Sequence record: OQ848593.1
Reading direction: 5' to 3' (one strand)
Source: Pseudomonas phage Pa_WF01
DNA length: 64,000 bases
Shown: one piece after another, positions 28,949 through 36,865 of the stretch
How positions within the stretch are numbered: position 1 is the stretch's first letter
Layout: each line of letters begins with the position of its first letter
Made by a program: the position numbers and the translations under genes
Notes under the pieces: generated by a model
Databases searched by the model: none
What the model saw: only the letters and a program-made list of their open reading frames with translations
What the model was told of the DNA's origin: nothing

Positions 28949-29233
28949 CTAGAGGCCGTATACGGTCAACAGTGCTTGAAGTTCTTTAGGTATATCTTGG
29001 GTATACACCACAGGTGTAAGGTTCCCGGAATTGTCATCAGGTCCAAAGTAGAACCAGTAAGTAGTACTTCCATACTGCACAGACAGTCTGAGTAACACTA
29101 ATTCACGCTTCAATTCTCCTTTCAGGTTGGCTTGATAGTGTGCTTGGTCTGACACTAGCCTGCTGTTTTCATCCGCGAACAGCTGCCACTCACCTTCCAC
29201 GGTCCAAGCTGCTATGTTCAATGGTTTGCTCAT
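28949..29233 (-). CDS. Hypothetical small protein (94 aa) in an AT-rich island.
   Basis: Low third-position GC; sits between the RNAP II subunit genes. Confidence 0.45.
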   Translation of the reverse strand: MSKPLNIAAWTVEGEWQLFADENSRLVSDQAHYQANLKGELKRELVLLRLSVQYGSTTYWFYFGPDDNSGNLTPVVYTQDIPKELQALLTVYGL

Positions 29234-29507
29234 CGAGATCTATACCCCATATAACAGCCATGCCTATTAATACAGCCGGCGGTTTGGTTAGCCTACTCCA
29301 GTCACTGATGTAAGTACCACCGCCTTTTACTTTGGTGGCCCACTTATACCTGAAAGAGCCTTTGTCACTGATGTAGCGGACTACCTTATTACCCTTTTCT
29401 ATGTGCTGTATGGTTGCTTTCTCCCATGCTTGTTCTTTGTATCTTGAATCTGAGTACTCTTCGTAGTTCCAGCAATCACCGTCATGAATGAACAGGTACA
29501 CAGCCAT
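29190..29507 (-). CDS. Hypothetical small protein (105 aa) in an AT-rich island. Its C-terminus (VIWGIDLD) is related to the next ORF (IIWGLD).
   Basis: SD GAGGT before the ATG at 29507; low third-position GC. Confidence 0.5.
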   Translation of the reverse strand: MAVYLFIHDGDCWNYEEYSDSRYKEQAWEKATIQHIEKGNKVVRYISDKGSFRYKWATKVKGGGTYISDWSRLTKPPAVLIGMAVIWGIDLDEQTIEHSSLDRGR

Positions 29508-29512
29508 CGGTT

Positions 29513-29788
29513 TTACCTCAGTAGTCTATCGAGTCCCCAGATTATTATCATTGCCTTGAGTTCTTCTGGTAGTTCATGGAAGCTTTCAAGCTTGTTCCTT
29601 TCAGTCATCGTAACCTTGTACCAGCTATTAGAAGCCAAGTAATTGAAGGTTATACAGTTATATCTTCGATCTTCTTTGGTTGGATCAATGAAATCCCCAA
29701 CCAGATCCAATATCGAACTGTGAACCGTGTAGGCCCAAATACCGTCCTTCTCCTGAAACGAATAGTGTGACATTAATAACTCCTTCAT
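29513..29788 (-). CDS. Hypothetical small protein (91 aa) in an AT-rich island.
   Basis: ATGA overlap with the RNAP II small-subunit stop; low third-position GC. Confidence 0.5.
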   Translation of the reverse strand: MKELLMSHYSFQEKDGIWAYTVHSSILDLVGDFIDPTKEDRRYNCITFNYLASNSWYKVTMTERNKLESFHELPEELKAMIIIWGLDRLLR

Positions 29789-30717
29789 TTGATCTTCAAG
29801 TGTTCGGGTACACCAGTGACTACCTTCTTGTTGGCCAAGTCGAGCATGGCTTTCTTGTAAGGAGACCCCTGGGTACTGATGTGGTAGCCCTGTGCATACA
29901 CACGACCGCGCTTGTCGTACTTGTGCAGGAGATAGAACCGATTACCTTGCTGAACCATAAGCTTGTACATCTCATGCGACTCAGAGACGAACCTGTACCA
30001 GTCGTCTTTCTTGTCCTGCGTATCCAAGTACTTGTGGGACTCTTCTTCTACGGTGCTCAAGAACTCAGTGTTCAGGCACAACTCAACAGCGTTCATCTTG
30101 TCCAGCACATCGAGACAGATGTCTTCGTTGTGGTGGTTGTTGTTCAGGATAAGGGATTCCTTCTCCAGAGTAAGATGAAGTTTCGACTTGTTCCCAGTGA
30201 GCTTGGATGGTTTGCACACCATAGGAGGAAGGTACATAGCTCGCTCAACAGCATGTTGAAGCTTCTCCGGTAGTTGAATGTTAGAGATGACCTTGTATGT
30301 ACCATACTTGGACACCTGCTCAATGTCGTACACGTCAAGCTCAGCCAGCACTGCAACCATCTCAGCGATGGTCTTGATGCTGTCAGCCTTGTCGTCGAAG
30401 CCAAGTACACCAGCTAGCTTGGCTGTGAAGCTGATGAACATGTCCGGTACCTGACAGTACGCAGACGCTACGATAATCTCGAACACAATGTGCTCAAGGT
30501 CCAGGTTACGAACAGTCTCCATACGAAGGTTCTTGGAGGCATAGCTGTACTCAGTGGTGCGATACTTCTCCAACAGTGCTATTCCCTGCTCCATCAGTGC
30601 AGGAAGGTCTTCGTCACCGCGAATGAACTCACGGATGTACCCGTCAATGTGCGCCCGAGCAAAGCGGTACTCATTGGCGCGTTGCATATCTTCGGGCAGC
30701 ATGTGGGTAATGGTCAT
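29785..30717 (-). CDS. RNA polymerase II small subunit (N4 gp15-like; N-terminal half of the T7-like RNAP core, about 310 aa).
   Basis: HKYDKRGRVYAQGYHISTQGSPYKKAMLDLA matches T7 DSRGRAYAVSMFNPQGNDMTKGLLTLA (DxxGR). ATG at 30717 with an SD overlapping the upstream stop; the track ORF extends to 30816. Confidence 0.75.
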   Translation of the reverse strand: MTITHMLPEDMQRANEYRFARAHIDGYIREFIRGDEDLPALMEQGIALLEKYRTTEYSYASKNLRMETVRNLDLEHIVFEIIVASAYCQVPDMFISFTAKLAGVLGFDDKADSIKTIAEMVAVLAELDVYDIEQVSKYGTYKVISNIQLPEKLQHAVERAMYLPPMVCKPSKLTGNKSKLHLTLEKESLILNNNHHNEDICLDVLDKMNAVELCLNTEFLSTVEEESHKYLDTQDKKDDWYRFVSESHEMYKLMVQQGNRFYLLHKYDKRGRVYAQGYHISTQGSPYKKAMLDLANKKVVTGVPEHLKIK

Positions 30718-30728
30718 GGAACGATTCC

Positions 30729-31079
30729 TTAATCGAACAGAAGTGATTGGGCGATGATCTCTCGTGGCACTAGCTTCTCTGAAATAGGTGAGAAGAGTCC
30801 GTTGTAGCCGTGCCACTGGCCTTTGTACTTGACGTAGACCTGGGTGAACGGATCAATGTAGCTCCTGATACGGGTATGTATGATCCCAGTAGCCACATTG
30901 ATCATCTCTTTACGGGTCACCTTCTCTGTCAGACCATCAAAGATGTACAGGAAGGTCTCTCCCTTCTGTAGGGACAATTGCACCGACATGGTTCTGTAGT
31001 TGTCCGCTAGTTTTTGCTCCATCTTCTGCATGTCGATGGTGACTTTCTGCGATCCTCGTAGACCCTTCTCTACTCTCAT
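30729..31079 (-). CDS. Hypothetical protein (116 aa).
   Basis: ATG at 31079 with SD GAAGGAG (8-nt spacer). Confidence 0.5.
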   Translation of the reverse strand: MRVEKGLRGSQKVTIDMQKMEQKLADNYRTMSVQLSLQKGETFLYIFDGLTEKVTRKEMINVATGIIHTRIRSYIDPFTQVYVKYKGQWHGYNGLFSPISEKLVPREIIAQSLLFD

Positions 31080-31111
31080 GCGTAGAACTCCTTCGATGTG
31101 AAGCCATCCCT

Positions 31112-31552
31112 TTAGGGACGGCTCCAGATGGTTACGTTGTCCGGCAGACGGGCAAGGATGTCCTTGATCAGCCACCAGGGTTCACCTTGTCCAGGCTGCT
31201 CCAGATGGTACTGACGGGTTGGGTTCTCCTGTGCACGCCACATCAGCTGGGTGGTGCTGGTGCTGACACACCCCAGGTCAGTCGGATCACGGTAGTGACG
31301 CCTGTCCTGGAACACACCTACCTTGGATTGGCAGCGGCACCCGAAGATGCCACCAGCCCCTCCATTCTCAGCGATGTACTGCCCCACGCTGGTCTGAATA
31401 CCAGCATCGGGGAAGCGGGCTACCAGTTCAGCAGCCATACCAGCAGTCATGACTACTGCCCCGGTGGAGGTGATGGTGCTGTTGCTCAGCACGATGAAGT
31501 GATCAGCCTTGTCGAAGGCTTCCCACATGTTCCCTACTACGAACTGTGGCAT
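31112..31552 (-). CDS. Rossmann-like small protein (146 aa), macro-domain-like or SLOG-like. It shares an N-terminal motif with 31803-32204.
   Basis: FIVLSNSTITSTGAVVMTAGMAAELV and GGAGGIFGC resemble the macro-domain NAAN, GGGV and GIYG boxes. Confidence 0.4.
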   Translation of the reverse strand: MPQFVVGNMWEAFDKADHFIVLSNSTITSTGAVVMTAGMAAELVARFPDAGIQTSVGQYIAENGGAGGIFGCRCQSKVGVFQDRRHYRDPTDLGCVSTSTTQLMWRAQENPTRQYHLEQPGQGEPWWLIKDILARLPDNVTIWSRP

Positions 31553-31803
31553 TACAGGAGATCCCCCATGCGGATGATTCCATCACAGCAGTCAGGGGAC
31601 TGCTTGGTCAGGACGATGTGGTTGTTGACGTGGCTGTACTGGAACATCCAGCGGTGACCCTCATCTTGGTCGAGTACGGTCAGCTGCTTGAGCAGATGCT
31701 TCAGCTGCACTTCACGCAGTGCGTCGATGAGAGTATCCCCGTCGGCAACGAACAGTCCGTTCTCATCACGGATCACTACACGCTTCAGATAGGTACGAGT
31801 CAT
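31552..31803 (-). CDS. Hypothetical small protein (83 aa).
   Basis: TAATG overlap with the upstream gene at 31803. Confidence 0.5.
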   Translation of the reverse strand: MTRTYLKRVVIRDENGLFVADGDTLIDALREVQLKHLLKQLTVLDQDEGHRWMFQYSHVNNHIVLTKQSPDCCDGIIRMGDLL

Positions 31804-32204
31804 TACATAGTCCCCCAGTACTTGGTGGTTGGTTTGAGCCAGGAAGTCCAAGCAGTGTCGAAGTAGCAGTTGTCGGGTGCATCCCTGAACAGCGGAGCTA
31901 TCTCGCTGTCCTTGAAGCCAGCAAGCCCACAGCCAATGCGTGTCACCTGGAAGCGCATGTAGAAGTGCTCCCTGGCGAAGTCCATGAACCGTTGTGCGGC
32001 CTGGGCTACGTCACTGATGGGGCAGGTGACCAACAGCCCCTTCTGTCCACGGTGCTTGGTGGGCAGGGCATAAGCCATACCAGTCGGCCCCTCACCCACG
32101 CCAAGCTCAGCACCCTTGTTTAAGCGAGCGTACTTGGCTGCACCTGCCCCATGGATGCCAGCGGTGTTACTGCCAAACACGAAGATCATTTGGTTGGTGT
32201 CCAT
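31803..32204 (-). CDS. Rossmann-like (SLOG/macro-like) small protein (133 aa), paralog-like to 31112-31552.
   Basis: MIFVFGSNTAGIHGAGAAKYA...GVGEGPTGMAYALP...RIGCGLAGF; TGATG overlap with the upstream gene. Confidence 0.4.
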   Translation of the reverse strand: MDTNQMIFVFGSNTAGIHGAGAAKYARLNKGAELGVGEGPTGMAYALPTKHRGQKGLLVTCPISDVAQAAQRFMDFAREHFYMRFQVTRIGCGLAGFKDSEIAPLFRDAPDNCYFDTAWTSWLKPTTKYWGTM

Positions 32205-32497
32205 CAGTTGAAGCCTCCGAACTTGTTACGTGGGCCTTTGCCCAGGTGGTTGGTTTCATGGTTTCGCAGCGGCATCTCCCACTTGGGACAACGCTTGGAC
32301 TTCTTCACCGGCTTGGGCAGTTGGTCCATAATGTGGGCCATCACCCGTTCTTCCAGCACGGTCATGTCTATGTACACCGTGTCTATCCTTCTGCCGGAAT
32401 ACTTGCGTACTTCCAGGTGCTTGGTCAGGTACTCACGGTCCATGACCAGACGACCAGTTGGAGTACCCCCACAGGGTGTTTTAGGGTCAGTTGGCAT
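32204..32497 (-). CDS. Small basic protein (97 aa).
   Basis: SD GGAGA 7 nt before the ATG at 32497. Confidence 0.55.
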   Translation of the reverse strand: MPTDPKTPCGGTPTGRLVMDREYLTKHLEVRKYSGRRIDTVYIDMTVLEERVMAHIMDQLPKPVKKSKRCPKWEMPLRNHETNHLGKGPRNKFGGFN

Positions 32498-32627
32498 ATA
32501 GTTTCTCCAGCCGAAAAGTGCCGATTCCAGACTTTTACTTCATCGTCAGGAAACCAGATGAGTTTCATTGGTTTGATCAAACTGACCAGCTTGGGCGGTC
32601 CTCTCGACTGACCCAAACCGATAGTCT

Positions 32628-32672
32628 AAAAAAGCAGCCCACACCCTACTCAGGATCGAGTGAGGGTGTGGG
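32628..32672 (-). terminator. Strong rho-independent terminator on the minus strand (10-bp stem).
   Basis: Minus-strand reading CCCACACCCT-CACTCGATCCTGAGT-AGGGTGTGGG CTGC TTTTTT, directly downstream of the stop at 32682. Confidence 0.8.
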
Positions 32673-32681
32673 CGGACGCTC

Positions 32682-32972
32682 TTACAGGTCCAGCTGAAGC
32701 TCGGACTTGTCACGCACGACGCGGAAGGACAGGATCAGGCGCGAGCGCAGGTTCTCGATGCGCTTGACCAGATCCTTGTCGTCCTTGGCTTCGGCCAGGT
32801 ACTCGTGCAGCTGTGCTTCGACGGCTTCGCTCAGGCGCAGCGGAATGCCATTGCCCAGGCGAACCGGATCACCGCCACGGGTGCCGATGGAGATGTTGAT
32901 GAAGCTGGCAGCACGGGTGTCGTCGGACTGAGCAGCGGTGTTGGTACGAGCGTTGGATTTCTTGAGTGCCAT
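32682..32972 (-). CDS. Hypothetical small protein (96 aa), possibly an AbrB/MazE-like DNA binder.
   Basis: ISIGTRGGDPVRLGNGIPLRLSEAV resembles swapped-hairpin motifs, but the match is weak. It is followed by the strong terminator. Confidence 0.5.
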   Translation of the reverse strand: MALKKSNARTNTAAQSDDTRAASFINISIGTRGGDPVRLGNGIPLRLSEAVEAQLHEYLAEAKDDKDLVKRIENLRSRLILSFRVVRDKSELQLDL

Positions 32973-33063
32973 GATTCAGGTTCCTTGTAGGGAGAGGTAG
33001 TAGATTCAGATCAGAAGTGGTTCAGCCAGAAGGCCATTACACAGGCGTAGCCTGCTCTTGCTC

Positions 33064-33249
33064 TTACACCCAATGGGGTTCGTCGGACAGATCTTTGTCC
33101 CAGTCAGCCCAGTGGTTCAGCACGTCTTCTTCAGTCACCGCAGACATGCCAATGGCATGCAGTTCGCGTGCAACGCTCTCGGCGTCCAGGCATTCACGAT
33201 AGCCACGGTCGAGGATGGAGGTAGCTTTGCGGGTGTTCAGAACGATCAT
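33064..33249 (-). CDS. Small acidic protein (61 aa).
   Basis: ATG at 33249; acidic C-terminus DWDKDLSDEPHWV. Confidence 0.4.
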   Translation of the reverse strand: MIVLNTRKATSILDRGYRECLDAESVARELHAIGMSAVTEEDVLNHWADWDKDLSDEPHWV

Positions 33250-33321
33250 GATGAAATTCCTAAGTAAACAGTGAGTTGAGATGGTTTGGATTACCACCCC
33301 ATGGCCGTAGGCCATGAGTAC

Positions 33322-33543
33322 TTACAGCAGACCAACCAAGTTGAAGAAGATGCACACTGCCCCAATCAGGGCGAACATCCCAGAGAAGGTCAGTACGTGC
33401 ATCACAAGGATGTCGATCACCAGACCCATCCAGGTCTGTTGCATGGTGTAGTTGTTGCTGGACCACTTCATGTAGCCGTTCAGGACGGCCACAGACGAAG
33501 CTATGTACAGGCACAACAGGATGAGGATTTCTACGTCAGTCAC
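33322..33543 (-). CDS. Small membrane protein (73 aa, GTG start).
   Basis: SD GGAGG 6 nt before the GTG at 33543; GTGA overlap with the upstream stop; 2-3 TM helices. Confidence 0.5.
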   Translation of the reverse strand: MTDVEILILLCLYIASSVAVLNGYMKWSSNNYTMQQTWMGLVIDILVMHVLTFSGMFALIGAVCIFFNLVGLL

Positions 33544-33758
33544 AGCAAACCTCCAGCGAAGAAGATGAAGAGGGGACCACAGCCTGCGAACAGCAGGCCC
33601 AGGCCACAGATAGCAATGATCCAGGCATGGGTTCTCTGTATGCACAGGTCATGGCGACGGGAGACACTCAGGGGAAACCTGAGCATCTCGTTGATCACCC
33701 ACTGCCTGTGCAGGCCGATCACCAGCATGGACAGACCAACAGCGAACAGCAGGAACAT
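33540..33758 (-). CDS. Small membrane protein (about 72 aa; start uncertain, 33758-33809).
   Basis: Hydrophobic helices MFLLFAVGLSMLVIGL and IIAICGLGLLFAGCGPLFIFFAGG. Confidence 0.35.
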   Translation of the reverse strand: MFLLFAVGLSMLVIGLHRQWVINEMLRFPLSVSRRHDLCIQRTHAWIIAICGLGLLFAGCGPLFIFFAGGLL

Positions 33759-33769
33759 GATGAGTACGA

Positions 33770-33988
33770 TCACAGGTATTCCCCCACGAGGAAGAAGAGG
33801 TAGGCACACACCCAGGTAGCCACTCCGTACAGGACGGTAGCTACCGCAGCGGTACCACGGTTACCACGACCGGTCTCACAGCGTACCCAGGTCTCCGCAG
33901 CCCATACGAGCATGCGGAGGAAGGACAACACAGTGGGAACGACCAGCAGCAGTACGGCGATGACGGCCAACAGTTGAACGATGGTCAT
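33770..33988 (-). CDS. Small membrane protein (72 aa).
   Basis: SD AAGGAG 6 nt before the ATG at 33988; TM helices IVQLLAVIAVLLLVVPTVL and AAVATVLYGVATWVCAYLFFLV. Confidence 0.55.
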   Translation of the reverse strand: MTIVQLLAVIAVLLLVVPTVLSFLRMLVWAAETWVRCETGRGNRGTAAVATVLYGVATWVCAYLFFLVGEYL

Positions 33989-34007
33989 GATGGACTCCTT
34001 GGTTTTA

Positions 34008-34211
34008 CTAGGCGACGTGGAAGAGGAAGTTGATTGCAGTGACCCAGACAGCTGCCCAGAACACGTTCCAGACAAGACCTACTACGGCAGCTACCTTCTC
34101 TGCCCCTGGCAGTAGGAACAGTGCACCGAAGGAGGCCAGAGAGGCCAGGCACTTGACCATGAAGAAGTAGGCACAGATGGCGATGAGGACGAAGCAAGCG
34201 ATAGCTACCAT
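34008..34211 (-). CDS. Small membrane protein (67 aa, 2 TM helices).
   Basis: SD GGAGA 7 nt before the ATG at 34211. Confidence 0.55.
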   Translation of the reverse strand: MVAIACFVLIAICAYFFMVKCLASLASFGALFLLPGAEKVAAVVGLVWNVFWAAVWVTAINFLFHVA

Positions 34212-34214
34212 GAG

Positions 34215-34511
34215 TTAGATCTCCAGGGTTGTTGGTTTGGTTTTGAGACGGTTGGTGCAGGCACCAGGAAGGTCTTTGTTGACCTCTGTCCAATGCCAGT
34301 GCTTGAGGTTGAGCCGACGACGCTGAAGGATCGCAGTCTTCAGGCTCTTGGCGGTGTACTCATCACCACACATGACTACGTGGGTGAGTACAGTGTTCGG
34401 GCAGTCCATGTTGATCAAGGTCACCCGTACACGGAAGCCAGTCAGCTTTCCAGTAGTAGGGATGATCTTGATGTCGAATAGACGGCCAGTGAGATTAAGG
34501 TTGGTGCTCAT
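34215..34511 (-). CDS. Hypothetical protein (98 aa).
   Basis: ATG at 34511 with SD AAGGA (7-nt spacer). Confidence 0.45.
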   Translation of the reverse strand: MSTNLNLTGRLFDIKIIPTTGKLTGFRVRVTLINMDCPNTVLTHVVMCGDEYTAKSLKTAILQRRRLNLKHWHWTEVNKDLPGACTNRLKTKPTTLEI

Positions 34512-34803
34512 GGGTGTTCCTTTTGATGAGGTCGTAGTAGGCCCAGGCATAGAACTGAACCCAGTTCTCTTCTGAGTCGTCCAAGCCCGCTCGTTCCAGT
34601 AGGCCGAGTACAGAGTCAGATCCGCGGAAGTGCAGTTTCTCCCACAACCAGTTCTTGAAGGACCGGTACTCATCCCAAGTGATTGGAGGGCCAACTACCA
34701 CTCCATTTGCCAGGTCACTCAGGACGAAACACATGTAAGTTTCCCCTCTGTTGGCTTGTTGCCATTCCAGGCCAATCTTGATCAGTTCAGCAATGGTTCT
34801 CAT
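34495..34803 (-). CDS. Hypothetical protein (102 aa).
   Basis: SD GAGGA 7 nt before the ATG at 34803. Confidence 0.55.
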   Translation of the reverse strand: MRTIAELIKIGLEWQQANRGETYMCFVLSDLANGVVVGPPITWDEYRSFKNWLWEKLHFRGSDSVLGLLERAGLDDSEENWVQFYAWAYYDLIKRNTHEHQP

Positions 34804-34806
34804 GGA

Positions 34807-35055
34807 TCAGATCCTCACGTCAGCAAAGCCAATTGGGTCAGCGGGACAGCCCCGCTCATTGCAGAAGTCTGCGTACTCTTGGTCCAGTTTGTTCCAGACA
34901 CGCTGGAACTCTTCCATGGATTGGATGGGACTGAAGCCATGCTGGATCAACAGGAACAGACACTGGTCATACTGGAAATCCCTTGCCCAGCACTGGCACG
35001 CGATGTCATAAACGGTGATATTACGGACACGTTTGATACGAGCGTACTTGTACAT
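34807..35055 (-). CDS. Hypothetical Cys-containing protein (82 aa).
   Basis: SD AAGGAGA 6 nt before the ATG at 35055. Confidence 0.55.
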   Translation of the reverse strand: MYKYARIKRVRNITVYDIACQCWARDFQYDQCLFLLIQHGFSPIQSMEEFQRVWNKLDQEYADFCNERGCPADPIGFADVRI

Positions 35056-35297
35056 CAGTTGTTCTCCTTGGTTTCGGTGAGGTCCAGACGAGCAATGACT
35101 ACTTCCACATCCTCTGCCCCTTCATAGGGAATGCGGTAGAAGATGCGGATGTCCTTGTCACTGGGACTACAGTTGAAGGTGATGAAGTGCTTGGCTTCAC
35201 CGAAGGTATGGACACGGTTGGTTTGATAGTTGACACCATCACGAGTGAAGCCTACGAAGCAGACTTCCTCTGCCATCTTACGGTCTAGCGGAGTCAT
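35055..35297 (-). CDS. Hypothetical protein (80 aa), tandem paralog of 35294-35536.
   Basis: ATGA overlap. DIRIFYRIPYEGAEDVEVVIA versus GIRLSYMSETEGCEVILAYF. Confidence 0.5.
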   Translation of the reverse strand: MTPLDRKMAEEVCFVGFTRDGVNYQTNRVHTFGEAKHFITFNCSPSDKDIRIFYRIPYEGAEDVEVVIARLDLTETKENN

Positions 35298-35536
35298 ACA
35301 ATGATGTTCCCGTAGTGGTTGAAGTAAGCGAGGATCACCTCACAGCCTTCTGTCTCAGACATGTAGGAGAGACGGATGCCAGTGTCAGTGAGCTTGCAGT
35401 GGATGCGGATGTAGTCACGCATCTCTTCCAAGCTGTTGATGACAGGTGACTTGACCAGTTCACCATTGGTCATCTTCAGCACGTGACAGCTGTTGGTACG
35501 GATTACGTTCTTGAGGGTCAGCGTAATGAGGGACAT
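35294..35536 (-). CDS. Hypothetical protein (80 aa), tandem paralog of 35055-35297.
   Basis: SD AGGAAG 7 nt before the ATG at 35536. Confidence 0.5.
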   Translation of the reverse strand: MSLITLTLKNVIRTNSCHVLKMTNGELVKSPVINSLEEMRDYIRIHCKLTDTGIRLSYMSETEGCEVILAYFNHYGNIIV

Positions 35537-35550
35537 GGTAATGCTTCCTG

Positions 35551-35742
35551 TCAGAAGGGTTCGAAGGTGATTACATCGCCATCAGGGTTGAACAGGAGGA
35601 TGCTAGACCACAGACCCTCATCTCCTTTGCACATGGCAGTTGCCTTGATACGAGCATGGTCATCAGAGTCAGCATGGAACTCATGCTCGACGGAGTTAAT
35701 GCCTCTGTTGATGTACATCAGGGTGTAGATGTTCTGGTCCAT
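35551..35742 (-). CDS. Small acidic protein (63 aa).
   Basis: ORF with weak SD. Last gene before the large non-coding region. Confidence 0.4.
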   Translation of the reverse strand: MDQNIYTLMYINRGINSVEHEFHADSDDHARIKATAMCKGDEGLWSSILLFNPDGDVITFEPF

Positions 35743-36147
35743 GGTTGATACCTATAGAGGACTATGAAGTAAGTACAGAATCGAATACCACTCCATCACC
35801 GAAGGTGTAGAGGAACATCAGACACTACCCAAGTAGAGATAGGGATACGGTGTGTATCGTGTAGATGGGAAAGTGATGACAAGGTATAGGGTTGAGAAAG
35901 GTAGAGATGATGAGGATAGACAATGTAGTTGAATGCACTGCACCACCCCACTATCTCCCCTATCCTCATACACACGAGAGACGAGTTACTGTCAGGTGAA
36001 GAGTAATCTCACAGAGAGTATCCCTTCCTTCCTACAACCTACTGTCCCTGAGAGAGATGTGTGCTTTGTGTGTGCTCTTGATCTTATGTGTGCTCTGAAA
36101 AGGTAAGCCCCCACTCCGTGTTAGGGAGTGAGGGACTTGGGGTAGGG
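35743..36147. promoter_or_regulatory. Non-coding region (405 bp) with repeats and a weak minus-strand terminator at about 36100-36140.
   Basis: 10-bp inverted repeat ATGAGGATAG/CTATCCTCAT (about 35908-35970). TGTGTGCT appears three times (36057-36097). Hairpin CACTCC-gtgttag-GGAGTG (36112-36130) lies downstream of the stop at 36148. Confidence 0.5.
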
Positions 36148-36402
36148 TTAAGCCTTGGCCTTGGTACGTTCCTTGCGGACAGACTCGACAGCTTCGGTGA
36201 GACCCTTCTCCTGAAGTTCCTGAGCGTTCTCGATGTTGAGCAGTGCGATGGCTTGTTCGCGTTGCAGACGAGCCTTGTTGTTGAAGTGAGCAGACTCTTC
36301 TTCAGCCCACTCGGTTACGTTCTCGGCAGCCTTGGTCAGGTTAGTGACAGCACGGAACATGGATTCCAGCATAGCGAAGAATTGGTTGAGAGCTTTGAAC
36401 AT
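36148..36402 (-). CDS. Hypothetical small helical protein (84 aa), isolated between two non-coding regions.
   Basis: SD GGAG 7 nt before the ATG at 36402; charged alpha-helical composition. Confidence 0.55.
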   Translation of the reverse strand: MFKALNQFFAMLESMFRAVTNLTKAAENVTEWAEEESAHFNNKARLQREQAIALLNIENAQELQEKGLTEAVESVRKERTKAKA

Positions 36403-36865
36403 GGTAGTACTCCAGAGTAGTGAGATGTTGATGTGAGGACAGGATTAATCCACAGCACAGCCGAAGGCTTCTCTTGTTCTAGAAGTACAGACAGTTGATT
36501 GGGTAGAAGGAGAGTTAAACAAGGTGGGGTAGGTAGCGCGGGAATTCCAAAACTCAAGAGGTACCGGGGGGGATAACCGGATTTGGAGAGCCGCAGACTG
36601 AAGTACTGAATCCGTACTTAGCTAAACGAAAATCCCTCAGATCCGCGATAGCTGAATCCAGACTTCTATGATGAAAATCCCTACAACCCAAATCACTTCC
36701 ATCTCCCCAAACCAATCCCTTTCCCCCTAGCTCCCATAACCCATAGCTGAGGTTAAGTCGCCAAGCACCGAGCGCAGCGAGGTGGGCAGGATGACTGGTC
36801 CGAAGCTATGGGTTATGGATACCTGTGGATATCTATAGCCAAGTTATCCACAGGATATACACACT
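36403..36865. promoter_or_regulatory. Non-coding region (463 bp) dense in inverted and direct repeats. It is a candidate origin, promoter cluster or genome terminus.
   Basis: 15-bp inverted repeat CCATAACCCATAGCT/AGCTATGGGTTATGG (36736-36815) flanks GAGCGCAGCGAGG. 10-bp inverted repeat CCTGTGGATA/TATCCACAGG (36819-36856). Direct repeats GAAAATCCCT twice and CTGAATCC twice. Hairpin AAGTAC-tgaatcc-GTACTT. Confidence 0.5.

Noticed and set aside
28949-29788. The idea that the three small ORFs between the RNAP II subunit genes are frameshifted fragments of the polymerase.
   Set aside because: Exon 1 of the large subunit aligns to T7 from about residue 497, and the small subunit ends at about T7 residue 455. 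Only about 40 residues are unaccounted for, whereas the ORFs total 290 aa, are AT-rich, and have their own starts.
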